The translations under genes and the position numbers were made by a program. This document shows, piece after piece, positions 56,453-57,835 of a stretch of 57,835 nt of DNA. The DNA comes from a virus (Duplodnaviria > Caudoviricetes): positions 1 through 57,835 of the IMG/VR virus record IMGVR_UViG_3300037462_000280, one strand, 5' to 3'. Within the stretch, counting starts at the first letter, position 1. Every line of letters begins with the position of its first letter. The notes under the pieces were generated by a model. That model had not been told where the DNA came from and ran no database searches. It worked only from the letters and a program-made list of their open reading frames with translations.

Positions 56453-56803
56453 CTAAAGGCGGTAATTGACAAGGTAGGGGAAGCGGTTGTCGAAAAACGT
56501 AACCTCGCCTGCCTTCCTGTCATCTTCTAGAGCTTTCACAAATTCCGCAAGGCTCCCACGAATTAGCCAGACGTTACACCCCTCAGCGTACATACCTACT
56601 GGTGTATCGTTCTCTGAAAGAGTAGATAGCTGTTGAGAAAGCCACCCAACCCCATTTGGCGATAAGTACTCGGCTGCAAGTGTAGGGAGTTCCTCAATGA
56701 GTTGCGATATTGTTTCATGCACCCACACTGCCTGTACTGGGGTCAACCCTTTGCCCTTTTCGGCTTTTACCTCATCCCACTTGCCCAGAACCAATGTGAA
56801 CAT
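56453..56803 (-). CDS. Hypothetical protein
   Basis: ATG 56803 after AAGGAG. Confidence 0.6.
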   Translation of the reverse strand: MFTLVLGKWDEVKAEKGKGLTPVQAVWVHETISQLIEELPTLAAEYLSPNGVGWLSQQLSTLSENDTPVGMYAEGCNVWLIRGSLAEFVKALEDDRKAGEVTFFDNRFPYLVNYRL

Positions 56804-56804
56804 G

Positions 56805-57125
56805 CTACTCAATCTCCTTCGGCGGCCAGTCCGCATCAATCGTACCCATCTGTGAAAGGTCAATGCGCGCAAGGCGCACTTGTTCAGCAATGAATGTCCC
56901 GAGGCTGTGGTGCTTCTTACTCGCGTGCTCACCCGCCTTCCCACGCCGCTCATGCTTCCCACGCGGCTTCACCGTTTCCATGTGCTCATGAAGCTCTGGC
57001 AGGGCGGTCGCAAGCAACCGACGCCCCGCCTGCGAAAGTGTCTCATCCTCACCCCGTTGCGCGTCAATCACGTCAATCGCCGCCTCGGGCATGTAAATGA
57101 CCAGTTGCTTGATGTTCGTCGGCAT
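56805..57125 (-). CDS. Small putative DNA-binding protein
   Basis: RHH-like KQLVIYMPE...TLSQAGRRLL. Confidence 0.55.
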   Translation of the reverse strand: MPTNIKQLVIYMPEAAIDVIDAQRGEDETLSQAGRRLLATALPELHEHMETVKPRGKHERRGKAGEHASKKHHSLGTFIAEQVRLARIDLSQMGTIDADWPPKEIE

Positions 57126-57128
57126 GAC

Positions 57129-57365
57129 CTATTCCCCGCACACATACGCGCCGTCGCGCTCATCACACTCGACAAGCGTCATATCACCGTTGGCAAACTC
57201 AACACGCCACACATCCGCAGTCAAGAAGCTCCCCTCTAAGACCAGCGTCGCCTTCTGCGCGCCCGTATAACCCAGCACCACTTCTGCATGGGCAGACCAC
57301 TGCGCTACCGTACTCACCAGCGAGACCGCAAACAAGACCAAGCCCAACAGCACCAAACGCCCCAT
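57129..57365 (-). CDS. Small secreted/membrane protein
   Basis: MGRLVLLGLVLFAVSLV. Confidence 0.6.
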   Translation of the reverse strand: MGRLVLLGLVLFAVSLVSTVAQWSAHAEVVLGYTGAQKATLVLEGSFLTADVWRVEFANGDMTLVECDERDGAYVCGE

Positions 57366-57369
57366 GTTC

Positions 57370-57720
57370 TCACTTCCCTTCGCTGAGCTTGCGCTCGATA
57401 CACTTGATAACCACATCCACACACGCTTTCGGGTCAGTCTCGAGTTGTTGCGTTGAGAACCGAAACACCGCCCAACCTCGTGCAGCCGCCTCATTCATCT
57501 TCTCGCGGTCTGCATCTCGATTGTGCCGCCCACCACCTAAGACCCACTGCCCACCATCCACCTCAACAGCTATCTTGAGATGCTCATCCGCCCAGTCAAA
57601 CCGCCACTTTCGCGGCTTGGCAAACGCATACTCCCCAAGCCATAACACCGCAGCAGGGGAGGCTTCCCCAAACGCTAACCACGCAAATTGCCACAGGCTA
57701 GACTTATCAGAACGGGACAT
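57370..57720 (-). CDS. Vsr/DUF559-like PD-(D/E)xK endonuclease
   Basis: EY.F...RKWRFD.A...KIAVEVDGG.W...GRH....D.EK.NEA...GW.V.RF. Confidence 0.88.
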   Translation of the reverse strand: MSRSDKSSLWQFAWLAFGEASPAAVLWLGEYAFAKPRKWRFDWADEHLKIAVEVDGGQWVLGGGRHNRDADREKMNEAAARGWAVFRFSTQQLETDPKACVDVVIKCIERKLSEGK

Positions 57721-57835
57721 CTTCAAACTCATCTCTCTCGACCGCGCTCTCACGCTTCTCACCACCCCCAATGAACTGCACCGTACTCGCACGAATGCCC
57801 AAAGACGCCTGCGCCTCCCCAGACTTGCTCACATA

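Noticed and set aside
57709-57835. Biological terminal repeat
   Set aside because: 127 nt equals a common assembler k-mer and the break lies inside ssb

Overview
This is an apparently complete, circularly assembled ~57.7 kb tailed (siphovirus-like) phage genome: bases 1-127 are repeated exactly at 57709-57835, and the ssb gene runs across the join. The + strand (3.1-33.4 kb) carries early, recombination and replication genes. These include a beta-clamp-like fusion, two pentapeptide-repeat proteins, two dNMP-kinase-like proteins, a Rad52/Sak annealase, an initiator with internal iterons, a C5 methyltransferase, a primase-helicase, CYTH, DUF5131 and an HslV-like protease. The - strand (55.0 to 33.5 kb) carries the terminase-portal-capsid-tail module, preceded by ssb, a nuclease and a GNAT/TGT-like fusion. 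I recognise no integrase, repressor or endolysin. SSB style suggests a Chloroflexota (Anaerolineae-like) host, which is inference only. The most striking content is RNA-level and invisible in the ORF track. (1) A sigma70 promoter drives a ~450-nt structured non-coding RNA that ends in a complete type II hammerhead ribozyme (3005-3072). (2) About ten covarying, mutually exclusive two-hairpin elements each precede an early gene (4.1-11.4 kb). (3) A 1-kb island (18.1-19.1 kb) holds 4-5 promoter-terminator units: three anti-Shine-Dalgarno sRNAs, two tandem degenerate tRNA-like RNAs and an orphan antitoxin-like peptide. All protein calls come from motif recognition by eye; no database searches were run.
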